Source of the DNA: Desulfotomaculum sp.
GTDB taxonomy: Bacteria; Bacillota; Desulfotomaculia; Desulfotomaculales; Nap2-2B
Length of the DNA stretch: 60,024 nucleotides
Assembly (NCBI GenBank): GCA_003485325.1
Contig: DMZI01000070.1
Location: 1 to 60,024 of the forward strand
Direction of reading: 5' to 3'
Position 1 is the first letter of the stretch, and the number at the start of each line of letters is the position of its first letter. The notes under the pieces were generated by a model. It had not been told where the DNA came from. It saw only the letters and a program-made list of their open reading frames with translations, and made no database searches. The position numbers and the translations under genes are program-made. Positions 31,312 to 43,037 of the stretch are shown in pieces.

Positions 31312-32718
31312 TTAAAGAACGTATTTTACAAACCAGTTTTTAGCCGCATATAGTTTTAAGACCATTTTTATTAAAGGAGATCTTAATTCCCTTTGTAATC
31401 TCCTGTATTCTTCGCGTGAATTGATCAAATCCTGCTGAAGGAAGCGAAGGGAATGCCCCAAATCCTCTTCATTTCTTAAAGCTTCCTGCAAACTGTTGTT
31501 TAAGGTGTTTATTTCCTCCTGCATCACAGCTTCTTTCTTGCTGGTTAATTCCTTTGTGCGTTCAAGTTTCTGGCGCAATTCAATTATTTCTGTCTGCAGT
31601 TCGGCTACTTTTGTGGTATGCCGCTCTTTCAATTCCGCCAGACGGGTTTTATTATCCCTATCCCTCTCCTGGTATTGCTGCAGCCGTGCCTGTAAAGCCT
31701 CAATGTTTCCCTGAGCCTGAACCAGCGCCTCTTTATACTGGTATTTCTCAGCTTCTTTTTCACGAGCCCTTTTTACCCAGAGCCGGCATTGGTACAGGAT
31801 ACTGTTCGCTTTCGCTTCAAGCTTGTTTATATGCCCCCTGTATCTGAAAATCTCTTTCTTGCGCAGGTTAAGCAGCAGGTCTTTTTCCGCCATTTGAGTA
31901 ACCAGATGTTCATGCTGGCTGATTTCTTCAGCCCTTAAGGCCAGTGCTGCAGCTGCTTCCTTATGCGCCAGGGCAATTTCATCCAGCCTCTCTTTCAAGA
32001 CAGACTCCCTTTTCTGCATTTGATCCCTGTAACGGGACCAGGATGCTTTTTGCTTGATTAGGACATTAAGAAATTTCTTCATCAAGCTCTCATAAACCAC
32101 GCGTAAAGTTGGATTATAGGACCAGATTCCATCTGCAACCTTCTGAAAATAGGGGAATTTATGGAGCACGTCTTCTACGTCTTTTAATCTTGTTTGACGC
32201 CAGACAGATATGATTTCAAATATCTGCCGGGCTGACAGGCCGGCGGGATAAAGCTTCAATGACTTAATGACCATGTCTTTTAAAGAATATAAAGCAGATT
32301 CGACTTCCCATTCTGTCAAACCCCAATGAGCGTTCTTCTGTTGAATAAAGCGGCCGTCAGAAATAAGGCTGGTCTCCTCGGCAATAATTCTCTTGAAATT
32401 TTTATTTTTGTTTTTGCCATTGCCTCCCCGCATAATCTCCTTTAAATTTAGCGGCTGCTGCCTTTTTAAAAGAAGAGCGTAAAAGGCGTCGTTTTCCCGC
32501 CTGCCTTCAAGATTTAAACGCCAGGAATTATTTTGATCCCGGAAGAAACAAGAATGCTCACGTAAGCACAGGATTATTTTATCTTCAACCTTTGCCGGCT
32601 CATAATCCTGCAACATTTTTTGCTGAACATAAGGGGTTAACTCAGCCACATTCAGGGTTTCGAAAAAAAACAGCGTTTTTTTAAGAACATCGTTAAGAGA
32701 ATAAAGTTCCCCCGCCAT
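31312..32718 (-). CDS. Hypothetical protein: tandem winged-HTH-like repeats plus long coiled coil
   Basis: 468-aa ORF with SD; three ~60-aa units ending F-x5-6-W, then heptad-rich E/K/Q/L region. Confidence 0.7.
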   Translation of the reverse strand: MAGELYSLNDVLKKTLFFFETLNVAELTPYVQQKMLQDYEPAKVEDKIILCLREHSCFFRDQNNSWRLNLEGRRENDAFYALLLKRQQPLNLKEIMRGGNGKNKNKNFKRIIAEETSLISDGRFIQQKNAHWGLTEWEVESALYSLKDMVIKSLKLYPAGLSARQIFEIISVWRQTRLKDVEDVLHKFPYFQKVADGIWSYNPTLRVVYESLMKKFLNVLIKQKASWSRYRDQMQKRESVLKERLDEIALAHKEAAAALALRAEEISQHEHLVTQMAEKDLLLNLRKKEIFRYRGHINKLEAKANSILYQCRLWVKRAREKEAEKYQYKEALVQAQGNIEALQARLQQYQERDRDNKTRLAELKERHTTKVAELQTEIIELRQKLERTKELTSKKEAVMQEEINTLNNSLQEALRNEEDLGHSLRFLQQDLINSREEYRRLQRELRSPLIKMVLKLYAAKNWFVKYVL

Positions 32719-32988
32719 ATATAAACCACCTTTCCCAAAATCCTCTTCAAATGAAATAATTCGATATAAAATAATTCAATTGGTAATTACTACTTTCCTT
32801 TAAAATAACAGATAAATATTCCACTATTTACCTACACAATCTGTAAAATAACGATCGAAATCTGACTTATGTCCAAATAAACGTCATTATAATTCCGTTA
32901 AATAAAAAACCCAGCAGGATATTCCTTTCTGAAATACCTGAACTGGATTTTCATTATCTATAAATTAAAAACTGTTATTTATTTGCCA

Positions 32989-34476
<1,488 letters not shown>

Positions 34477-34603
34477 TTATCATCAGAGGTTAACTCTCAA
34501 TAAAACCGACATTAAACACGATGCCGTGCTCCCAAGAACCGGTTTAACTAAAATGTTACCGGAAGGAAAGAATTCTTCGAACAAATTTATCTTATTATAG
34601 CAT

Positions 34604-34630
34604 ATAGGACTGGCCCTGGGCCAGTCCTAT
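34604..34630. terminator. Perfect hairpin downstream of the FMN-binding gene
   Basis: ataggactggccc-t-gggccagtcctat; no clear U tract. Confidence 0.5.
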
Positions 34631-34651
34631 GGTTAACTAACCTTTCAATAA

Positions 34652-35014
34652 TTAAAAAGCCAGGGCCTCTTCCACATTAATTATTATTATATGGCTGACA
34701 GTTCCCCGCTCAGCATATTCCTTTTTAAATTTCTCATAAAGATCTCCGGAAGTAACGATTTCAGCCTTACCCCAGATACGCCACCCTTTTCTGGTTGCGG
34801 GATCAAAAGCCGTAGCGGATACAAAGGGATTCTCCTGCAAATTTTTTACTGTGCGCGGCGACCTTAAGTTGGCAAAAACCACACGTTCATCATCAAGAAG
34901 GCGCAGCGAGCCTTTCAGGGAAACATTCGGCATGCCATTTTTATCGGCAGTAGCCACCAGAGCCGGTTTATAGTTACCAATAGCTTTAATAACTTCCTCT
35001 GACATTTTAGCCAT
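34652..35014 (-). CDS. Pyridoxamine 5'-phosphate oxidase-like FMN-binding protein
   Basis: VATADKNGMPNVS, TVKNLQENP. Confidence 0.85.
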   Translation of the reverse strand: MAKMSEEVIKAIGNYKPALVATADKNGMPNVSLKGSLRLLDDERVVFANLRSPRTVKNLQENPFVSATAFDPATRKGWRIWGKAEIVTSGDLYEKFKKEYAERGTVSHIIIINVEEALAF

Positions 35015-35080
35015 CCAAACTATCCCTCCTTAATATTATGGAAAAAGATTTCCCCCCTTTAATAAATTAACGGCAATAAA

Positions 35081-35488
35081 TTAACGGCCGGGCATCACCA
35101 AAGCCTGCCCGCTTAATATAAGCTGGTCATTTTGATTTTTACAGGTTGTTTTTAACTGAATTCTTTTTTTTCCGGGCGCCTTATCGATAACTTCAACCAG
35201 GGCAGTTATTGTGTCGCCTATAAAAGCCGGCGCATGAAATTTTAACGTCTGTTCAAGGTAAATGGTTCCCGGGCCTGGAAGAACTGTCCCGATTACAGCA
35301 GAAATTAGTGATGCAGTCAACATGCCATGAGCTACCCGTCTTTTAAAAATCGACTCTCTGGCATATTCGTCCTGCATATGCAAGGGGTTAAAATCCTGGG
35401 TAATTCCTGCGAACAGGTTAACGTCTTCTTCGCTTATTGTCTTTGTAATACTGGCCTGATCACCGATTTTTAGGCGCTCAATTTCCGT
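35081..35488 (-). CDS. MaoC/(R)-specific enoyl-CoA hydratase, apparent ACG start
   Basis: Frame is open upstream of the ORF call: (T)EIERLKIGDQASITKTISEEDVNLFAGITQDFNPLH; AHGML. Confidence 0.8.
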   Translation of the reverse strand, partial: TEIERLKIGDQASITKTISEEDVNLFAGITQDFNPLHMQDEYARESIFKRRVAHGMLTASLISAVIGTVLPGPGTIYLEQTLKFHAPAFIGDTITALVEVIDKAPGKKRIQLKTTCKNQNDQLILSGQALVMPGR

Positions 35489-35524
35489 TTTTCCTCAACC
35501 ACCTTAAACAAACAATTTTCTTTA

Positions 35525-35554
35525 AGTATAAAGTCAGACAATAAATAGTGTCAA
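35525..35554 (-). promoter_or_regulatory. sigmaA promoter of the MaoC gene
   Basis: TTGACA-18 bp-TATACT. Confidence 0.6.
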
Positions 35555-35574
35555 TGTGTAAATCTTAAGACAGT

Positions 35575-36807
35575 TTAGTTCCTATATCTCCTTCTCCGCC
35601 GGAGTCTCCTGCGTTTGGCGACACAGTAGGCCTCACGGGCGACGACTGTAAACAGCAGGCCGGTTATCAAGATAATTCCGCCCTTTCTGGGAAAACTCTG
35701 TACCGGCTGCGTGACCAAAAGCTTAACCCTTCCAACTTCCTGCCCCTCAGATGTTAAAACCAACTGACCCACTTCCTGCCCGGCAGCCAAAGGCGCTTTA
35801 ATTCCGCTGTACAGTTCAATGCTGCGCTTTATTTGTTTTTTTTGTCCGTTTGGTGAATCATAATAAAACGGGCTGCCGGTATAAACATCAACCTTTCCAA
35901 TGCCGCGGCTTACGCCGATGGTGGTAACTTTTTCCATCTTTCTGACCACTAAATCTGATGCAAAGTTGTCGAAGCCATAATCCAAAATTATACGTGCATC
36001 TTCATAGAGGGTGCTTCCCTGATCATTCAGCAGAACAGCGATAAGTTCCCGGCCATCCCTTTCGGCGGCAGCTACAAGACACTGCCCGGATTTAACCGTG
36101 TAGCCCGTTTTTACACCTATGGCTCCCTGGTACCGGCTCAGAAAGCGGTTATGGTTCCATAGATCCTCCTGCGGCGGCCCGATAGATCTATCTGCTTCCG
36201 GCCTGCTAATCTTTTTTATGCGGGTACCCACTATTTTTCTAAAAACCGGGTTTTGCATCGCGTAACGGGTGATCAGGGCGAGGTCATAGGCGGTGGAATA
36301 ATGTCTGGGATCTGTCAGGCCGTGAGGATTGGTAAAATTACTATCCAGGGCGCCTATTGATCTTGCTTTTTTATTCATCAGATCTGCAAAATTCTCTACT
36401 GAACCGGACAAATGCACTGCAATACTATCAGCGGCGTCGTTTGCCGAAGCCATCATCAGCGCATAAAGGAGATCTTCAAGCGTCAATTTCTCACCTTCCT
36501 GAAGTCCTATCCTGGAACCGTCAACCAGGCAGCTCTCTCTCACAACAGTCACCTTGTCCGACAGGTTGCCCTTTTCCAGGGCTATAACAGCAGTAAGGAT
36601 TTTTGTAGTGCTTGCGGGATACATGTGCCTGCTCATATTTTTTTGATAAAGCACCTGTCCGCTTCCGGCATTCATCAGGACAACCGCTTCCGCCGTTGTA
36701 TCCGGTTCCTTTCCAGCGTCGGCAGTCAACGGAAAAAAAACGATTCCTAAAATGAAAACGTAAATTAAAAGAAAAAGCCGCGTCTTTCCTGGCATATTCT
36801 CCCCCAT
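35575..36807 (-). CDS. D-alanyl-D-alanine carboxypeptidase (S11)
   Basis: PASTTK, SAN, NPHGL, KTG; C-terminal TM anchor. Confidence 0.92.
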   Translation of the reverse strand: MGENMPGKTRLFLLIYVFILGIVFFPLTADAGKEPDTTAEAVVLMNAGSGQVLYQKNMSRHMYPASTTKILTAVIALEKGNLSDKVTVVRESCLVDGSRIGLQEGEKLTLEDLLYALMMASANDAADSIAVHLSGSVENFADLMNKKARSIGALDSNFTNPHGLTDPRHYSTAYDLALITRYAMQNPVFRKIVGTRIKKISRPEADRSIGPPQEDLWNHNRFLSRYQGAIGVKTGYTVKSGQCLVAAAERDGRELIAVLLNDQGSTLYEDARIILDYGFDNFASDLVVRKMEKVTTIGVSRGIGKVDVYTGSPFYYDSPNGQKKQIKRSIELYSGIKAPLAAGQEVGQLVLTSEGQEVGRVKLLVTQPVQSFPRKGGIILITGLLFTVVAREAYCVAKRRRLRRRRRYRN

Positions 36808-36943
36808 TTTGAATTAATTCCATAAAATTATATAATTAAACGGCGCAATAATCAACAAGCTGGATATAAACACCTTTATATCAGAAAGCTTCCAAATTTA
36901 CATACCCTATTGTATAATTTATAGGTTACTTTAATAAGACAGG

Positions 36944-38143
36944 TTGTTTAACTTGAAATCTTTACTGCTGCTGTTGTTTTTAACGGAATTTGCCCGGGGA
37001 GCTTTCTTCTATACATTTCTCCCCATTTGGATCGTTAATGATCTTACCGTGTCTATTACAATTGTCGGGCTTACCGTATCGGCCCACTTCCTGTCTGAAA
37101 CCACCTTTAAAACGCTTGCAGGCTGGGAATTTGACCGCCTGGGGCGCCGGGTTCTTTTAGGGGGCCTGTTGCTGTCTTTACTTTCCTTATTAACGATCAA
37201 ACTTTGGCCTGTCCCGGCGGTATTGATTGGCGGCGCAGCGCTGTTTGGCCTCGGTTTCTCTCCGGTATGGCTGGGAGTAATAAGCAGGGTTGCTCCAGTT
37301 GGTATTCCTAACAGGGCTTCACGCATTGGCCTTGTTTTTTCATCCTGGATGGCCGGCGCAGGCGGAGGAATGATCAGTATAAATTTCTTTATGTCAAAAA
37401 GCCATGATCTAATCTTCTGGCTAATTATTATCTTGTGGGCGCTTTCCCTGCCAATTACCTGGTTTGCCACTCCAGACAAAAGCAATCTGCCGGAATCCGG
37501 CGCAAAAGGGCGCCATGGAATGTCAAATGCGCTCAAGCAAATGGCTTCCAATAACCTGACCAGACTGCTGATTCCGGGAATGTTCCTGCAAACATTGGCA
37601 GCCGGTCTCCTCCTGCCTGTTTTACCTATCTTTGTACAAAATAATTTACTTCTTGATCATAACCAGTACGGCATTCTTTTGCTCACAGGAGGCGCCGCTA
37701 CAGTCATTTCGCTCTTGCCGATGGGTTACCTGGCAGACCGCCTGGCTTTAAAAGCACTGCTGGCCACAGGTTTCGGGGCAAGCAGCCTGACGCTTATCCT
37801 GTTGATTCATTGTCATGGTTTCAAGGAAATCATTTGTGTGGCGGTACTCCTTGGATTTTCGTATGCTATGGTTCTTCCAGCCTGGAACTCTCTTTTAGCT
37901 AAAATTATCCCTCCGCAAAGCCAGGCGACGGGATGGGGTATATTTGCCACAATTGAAGGCCTGGGAATAACTTTTGGTTCAGCCCTGGGCGCTTTCGTGG
38001 CCGGCAGGATTGGACTTAACGCTACTTTAATTATGACAGCCTGTGTTTTGCTGATTGCCGCATTTTTCTATTTGCTCTGTCCGTTTGAAAAGATGCTTGT
38101 TAGCAATCAACAGGGGGTATTCTTTAATGAATCTGGTTTTTGA
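36944..38143 (+). CDS. MFS transporter
   Basis: About 12 hydrophobic segments, DRLGRR and GYLADRL motifs. Confidence 0.88.
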   Translation: MFNLKSLLLLLFLTEFARGAFFYTFLPIWIVNDLTVSITIVGLTVSAHFLSETTFKTLAGWEFDRLGRRVLLGGLLLSLLSLLTIKLWPVPAVLIGGAALFGLGFSPVWLGVISRVAPVGIPNRASRIGLVFSSWMAGAGGGMISINFFMSKSHDLIFWLIIILWALSLPITWFATPDKSNLPESGAKGRHGMSNALKQMASNNLTRLLIPGMFLQTLAAGLLLPVLPIFVQNNLLLDHNQYGILLLTGGAATVISLLPMGYLADRLALKALLATGFGASSLTLILLIHCHGFKEIICVAVLLGFSYAMVLPAWNSLLAKIIPPQSQATGWGIFATIEGLGITFGSALGAFVAGRIGLNATLIMTACVLLIAAFFYLLCPFEKMLVSNQQGVFFNESGF

Positions 38144-39386
38144 GATACTCATTTATTTTTTATTTGTTTATGCCTTTATGCCTACCATTCTGGCCAGGAT
38201 ATTCCATATAGGCGCATTTTTTCAAGGGTCCCAAAACGAAAACAAAGTATTCTTAACTTTTGATGACGGGCCTGATTCATTCTACACACCCCGTATTTTA
38301 GACATCCTAAAAGAAACCCAAACGAAAGCCTGCTTTTTTGTTCTTGGGAAAAAGGCCAGGGCACATCCTGAAATTCTTAAACGTATCCAGGCAGAAGGGC
38401 ATGAAATAGGAAGCCATGGATACGGCCATCAATTTCCCTGGTTTCTCGGCCCCTTGGGCACAAAAAAGGATTTAATGGAAACTTCCTCCATTATTACCAA
38501 AATAACCGGCAAACCCCCGCGTTTCTACAGGCCGCCATGGGGAATTCTTAATTTATTTTCCTGGTTTTTTCTTAAAGGCCAGCAGGTTGTGCTATGGTCG
38601 TTTATGAGTTGGGACTGGACCAGACGGACTACAATCAGTTCAATCACTGACCGGGTTCTTTCCAGAGTAAAAAACGGTTCAGTGCTGATTTTTCATGACA
38701 GCGACAAAACACCGGGCAGCGCTCCAAAGTCCCCGGAAGTTGTTATTAAAATCCTTCCTGCAATTATTCAGGAAATAAAAAAACGGGGTCTGCAGGCAGC
38801 CGCCCTGTCAGAGCTGATCCCTGAAAAGAAGAAAAAATTATCCTATGCCTTATTTGAAAAATGGGATCATACCGTTCTTCGCCTGATGGGCGTTAAAGAC
38901 CTGCCCGACAAAGACCGGCCGACAGTTTTTCGCATAGCGCTGCGCAAATTTGGAGGTAAACAATTGCCTCTGCCGGACGGAACAATTCTTAAGAAAGGGG
39001 ACCTGGTGGTAGATTTACATCTGAATAACAGTTTTTTTAAGCAGTTCGGCGAAAAAAATGAAATTTCAATGCTCGGCCTTTTGGCCAAGCAAAAAATCCT
39101 GCAGGACTTGCCGGCAGTTGCCGGATGGATAGCCGCAAATCCCCGCCGTGATGAAATAAAGGCAATAACCGGCTTAACTATCATCCACCGCGGCAGTCAG
39201 CAGGTAGGTTTCCAGACTTTCGATCTCCCGCCTTTAAGGAGCTTCCTGATCAGACTGTACGAAAGCATGCTTCTGGTTATGTTGCATCCTGCAGGATACC
39301 GCCGCATTACACGGCACAGAAAAAAGCTAATCCCGAAACTGCTCGTGATGAGTAAAAAAGAACTGTTCAGTAAGTACCTCATTTAA
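38127..39386 (+). CDS. Polysaccharide deacetylase fused to YkoP-like domain
   Basis: LTFDDGP, HGYGH, YRPPWG, IFHD; C-terminal LPDGT..DLHLNN. Confidence 0.82.
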   Translation: MNLVFEILIYFLFVYAFMPTILARIFHIGAFFQGSQNENKVFLTFDDGPDSFYTPRILDILKETQTKACFFVLGKKARAHPEILKRIQAEGHEIGSHGYGHQFPWFLGPLGTKKDLMETSSIITKITGKPPRFYRPPWGILNLFSWFFLKGQQVVLWSFMSWDWTRRTTISSITDRVLSRVKNGSVLIFHDSDKTPGSAPKSPEVVIKILPAIIQEIKKRGLQAAALSELIPEKKKKLSYALFEKWDHTVLRLMGVKDLPDKDRPTVFRIALRKFGGKQLPLPDGTILKKGDLVVDLHLNNSFFKQFGEKNEISMLGLLAKQKILQDLPAVAGWIAANPRRDEIKAITGLTIIHRGSQQVGFQTFDLPPLRSFLIRLYESMLLVMLHPAGYRRITRHRKKLIPKLLVMSKKELFSKYLI

Positions 39387-39996
39387 TGAAAGAAGTTATT
39401 TCTTCAAGCGGGCGGATATTCCTTGGCGGAGATATATAGTCGGACCATCCCAACGCGACCAGGGCGGCCAGGCTTCGGGGGGGCTTAACCCCTAAAAGCT
39501 CTTCAAGATCCGGCCGGGCAACCATTGGACCTGTCAACCAGCAGCCGCCGTATCCTCTGGAATGCGCAGCCAGAAGAAGAGTCTGTATGGCGGCGCCGAT
39601 GGTCTGCAAATCCGGACGGCAGCGCAGCGAATCAACTTCGTATTCCGAATACCCGGCTTTAAACAACATATTGTCAAGAACAGTGCGGTATTTAAACGTG
39701 CTCACTGCAATAATCACAGGGGCTTTGGAAAACCACATAACAATCTTTTTGGGGTCAGATTCAAATTTAGCGTTGACCTGCCGGGCAAGCGAGTCAATTT
39801 TTTGTGATACAAGCTGGCTCATTTTTTCTTTAATTTCCTGGTTCTTTATAATAATAAAGTGCCACATCTGTTGATCGCCTGAACTGGGAGAGTGTGAAGC
39901 AAGTTCTATCAGGCTTAAAATTTCGGAATCCGGTATGTCATCTTTTTTATATCTTCTTATGCTGCGGCGTTCCCGCACGACTTTTTCAAATTCCAT
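39379..39996 (-). CDS. Nitroreductase family protein
   Basis: RRSIRRY, SPSSGDQQMW, LLLAAHSRGYGGCW. Confidence 0.88.
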   Translation of the reverse strand: MEFEKVVRERRSIRRYKKDDIPDSEILSLIELASHSPSSGDQQMWHFIIIKNQEIKEKMSQLVSQKIDSLARQVNAKFESDPKKIVMWFSKAPVIIAVSTFKYRTVLDNMLFKAGYSEYEVDSLRCRPDLQTIGAAIQTLLLAAHSRGYGGCWLTGPMVARPDLEELLGVKPPRSLAALVALGWSDYISPPRNIRPLEEITSFIK

Positions 39997-40272
39997 CCAG
40001 CCTATCTTCCCTTCGTTATCTGTTTTAAAGTATCTTATCCTCCGCCTGCCGGCTTTGTCAAACAACTTTGGAGGATTTATCACTTATGGCGCTGAAAGCA
40101 AGTCGTTCTCTGTTTAAAAAGCCATGCCCCCCGAACGGATTCTACTAAATGTTTATTATTATAGATTGTTTTTTGATAGAATTACGAGTAAAATTAAGAT
40201 GCTTGCAGGAATTTGTTAAATAATGAAGAAGTAATTAGGGCAAACACCGAGGTATGTCAAGGAGGTTAAAAA

Positions 40273-41802
40273 ATGAGTCTGGTATCGCGGCTTACTGAAG
40301 TTGGGCATCTTTATCCTGATAAGGAAGCCATTGTCTATAATGAAAAACGGATCACTTACGGCAACTTGATAGAGCATATAAACAGGTTTGCCAATGGGTT
40401 AAAAAATTTCGGTATTCAAAAAGGCGATCGCATTTTAATAGCTTTAGGAAACTGCCCGCAATTTATCGTTTCTTATTTTGCCATAATGCAGATTAAAGCC
40501 GTGGTTATACCTATCAATCCTCAATATGCCCTTAACGAAATTGAAAAAATAGCCGCCGATGCCCTTCCCGTTGCTGTAATTACGGATTCTTCGACAGCTT
40601 CGAACTTTATCATGCTAAAAGAAAGAACCGGGTTGCCGGCCAATGTAATTGTAATCCGCTCCGAAAAGGGAAATTTTAAAACAGCCATTTCATTTAAAGA
40701 GATAATGGAGAACGGAGAAGAGTTTTTCCCTCCCGAACATGATTATAATGATGACGACGTGATCGAAATCCTTTACACTCATGGTCCTACCGGTACGCTG
40801 AGGGGAGCTATGCTGACCAACCAGAACCTGTATAGCAATGCAATTACGTTTTTGGAACTCTGCCGTTTGACCCCGCAGGATCGTGCTTTGCTTGTTTCCC
40901 GTGCTTACCATGCTCCCGCCCAGACTTGCGCCATGAATGCCCCGCTTATGGCAGGGGCAACTGTAGTTATGCATGATATCTGGACCAAACCGGAAACAAT
41001 CCTGCGAACAATTGAAGAAGAAGGAATCACTTTCTTCTTCGGCACACCTCCGATGTATAGAATACTGCTTGATTTTCCGGAGCACCGGCGGTTTAAAACA
41101 GATATGCTGCGGGTGACCTGCACAGCCGCAGACCCGCTTCCGCCAGACACTTTTCAGGCGTTTGAAGAAAAATTCGGGTTGCAGATAACCGAAGCATATG
41201 GCTTAACCGAAACTTCCCCGTTAATCTGCTCAAACCCGGTTGAAGGAACCAAGAAACCAGGTTCCGTAGGACGGCCGTTACCCGGCATAAATTTGAAAAT
41301 CGTTGATTATGAAGACCGGGAAGTTCCAATAGGACAGGTTGGTGAAATTGTCGTCAGCGGGTCAAATGTCATGAAAGGATACTATCACCGCGAGGAAGAA
41401 ACAAATTGGGTAATGCGCAACGGGTGGTTCCATACCGAAGACCTAGCTTATATGGACAGTGAAGGGTATGTTTTTATTGTTGACCGTAAGAAAGACCTGC
41501 TTGTCCGGGGCGGCCTCAATGTGCACCCCCGTGAGGTAGAGGATGTTCTTTATACACACCCTGCAGTATTTGAAGTAGCTGTAATAGGAATGCCCGATCC
41601 TGTCTGGGGAGAGGAAGTAACAGCATTTGTTCACCTGAGAAAGGACAGCAATATTGACGCAAAGGAATTACAGGAATTTTGCAAGGATAAATTGGCCGGT
41701 TATAAAATTCCGCGTACTATACATATAGTAGACGAGTTGCCCAAAACATCATCCGGAAAGCTCTTAAAACATGAGTTAAAAAATATTATCAAAAATAGCT
41801 AA
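40273..41802 (+). CDS. Long-chain acyl-CoA ligase-like ANL protein with degenerate motifs
   Basis: YGLTET, IVDRKKD, PKTSSGK present; P-loop reads YTHGPTGTLRG. Confidence 0.85.
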   Translation: MSLVSRLTEVGHLYPDKEAIVYNEKRITYGNLIEHINRFANGLKNFGIQKGDRILIALGNCPQFIVSYFAIMQIKAVVIPINPQYALNEIEKIAADALPVAVITDSSTASNFIMLKERTGLPANVIVIRSEKGNFKTAISFKEIMENGEEFFPPEHDYNDDDVIEILYTHGPTGTLRGAMLTNQNLYSNAITFLELCRLTPQDRALLVSRAYHAPAQTCAMNAPLMAGATVVMHDIWTKPETILRTIEEEGITFFFGTPPMYRILLDFPEHRRFKTDMLRVTCTAADPLPPDTFQAFEEKFGLQITEAYGLTETSPLICSNPVEGTKKPGSVGRPLPGINLKIVDYEDREVPIGQVGEIVVSGSNVMKGYYHREEETNWVMRNGWFHTEDLAYMDSEGYVFIVDRKKDLLVRGGLNVHPREVEDVLYTHPAVFEVAVIGMPDPVWGEEVTAFVHLRKDSNIDAKELQEFCKDKLAGYKIPRTIHIVDELPKTSSGKLLKHELKNIIKNS

Positions 41803-41869
41803 AATAGGCCGAAAGGACGATCTAAAAGGATGCACGGGATAGTGTATCCTTTTTTATGGCTGCTGAATA

Positions 41870-43024
41870 TTATAAATTACCCGGTTTTTCCGTAACCATA
41901 ATTTGTATGGTACGGAGTTTGCCTTCCCTGTACACTGTTACCGGCACACGCTGTCCGATTTTTGATTTACTGATCAGTTCAACCAGAGCGTCCGGCGACG
42001 CAACTTCTTTTCCGTCCCATTTGGTAATAATATCTCCCTTTTTTAAACCGGCGGCGGAGGCGGGACTATCTGATAGAACACCTGCCACAAGAGCGCCCTT
42101 TGTTCCTTTAAAATTTAGGTAAGCGGACGTTTCTTCATTTAAAGGCTGCACCTGGACACCCAGCCAGGGCCGGACTACTTTGCCCTTATTAATCAATTCC
42201 TGGATTACATTGTTGGCGGTATTTGCCGGTATGGCAAAGCCGATTCCCTGCGCCTGAGCTACAGCAGTGTTTATTCCGATAACTTGACCGGAAAGATTTA
42301 AAAGAGGCCCTCCGCTGTTCCCTGGGTTAATTGACGCATCCGTCTGCAATAAATTCTTATAACTCCGGTTTTCTACATTGATCGGGCGCCCTTTGGCGCT
42401 GATCACGCCGACAGTTACGGTATGATCCAGCCCATATGGATTACCTATGGCGATAACCCAGTTCCCGACCCTGATCTTGTCGGAGTCACCTAATTTCAGC
42501 GAGGGAAGGCTGCTTCCGGCCTTAACTTTTAATACGGCCAGGTCTAAATCATAGTCTGCCCCCACCACACTGGCCTGCAGGGGTTCTTTGAATCCTTGAA
42601 TGGTAACCGTTATCTTATCAGCGCCTTCAATAACATGTTCGTTAGTTAAAATATACCCGTCGCTTGATATAATAAAACCGGAACCCAAACCGTGCTCCTC
42701 CCGCGGTTGCGCACCGCCAAAGGGATTGCCGAAGAACTGCCTGAAAAAAGGGTCGTTAAAGAAAGGATCGTACTGCCGGCCGCGAACCGTCACAGTATCG
42801 ATTTTTACAACAGCCGGACCTGCATTGCTCACTATTTCAGCCACAGCTTCTGAGTCGACTCCGGGTGGCGTCCCGGAAGCATCAGCAAGGTTACTTCCAC
42901 CAAATCCAGATTTATTCCCAGAAAGCGGATTTATATCGCTTACTGCCAGACAGCCACCCATAAACATTATCCCTGCTATAAAAGCAGCCAGGGAAATAAA
43001 AAGCAAATTCCGTTTTAAATTCAC
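41870..43024 (-). CDS. htrA: HtrA/DegP serine protease with PDZ domain
   Basis: TNEHV, DLAVL, GNSGGP, PDZ; GTG43024 after GGTGGAG. Confidence 0.93.
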   Translation of the reverse strand: MNLKRNLLFISLAAFIAGIMFMGGCLAVSDINPLSGNKSGFGGSNLADASGTPPGVDSEAVAEIVSNAGPAVVKIDTVTVRGRQYDPFFNDPFFRQFFGNPFGGAQPREEHGLGSGFIISSDGYILTNEHVIEGADKITVTIQGFKEPLQASVVGADYDLDLAVLKVKAGSSLPSLKLGDSDKIRVGNWVIAIGNPYGLDHTVTVGVISAKGRPINVENRSYKNLLQTDASINPGNSGGPLLNLSGQVIGINTAVAQAQGIGFAIPANTANNVIQELINKGKVVRPWLGVQVQPLNEETSAYLNFKGTKGALVAGVLSDSPASAAGLKKGDIITKWDGKEVASPDALVELISKSKIGQRVPVTVYREGKLRTIQIMVTEKPGNL

Positions 43025-43037
43025 CAAATTACTCCAC

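Noticed and set aside
39997-40135. Possible riboswitch in the nitroreductase leader (atcctcc/ggaggat stem)
   Set aside because: FMN, SAM-I and T-box consensus motifs not found; a single hairpin is insufficient
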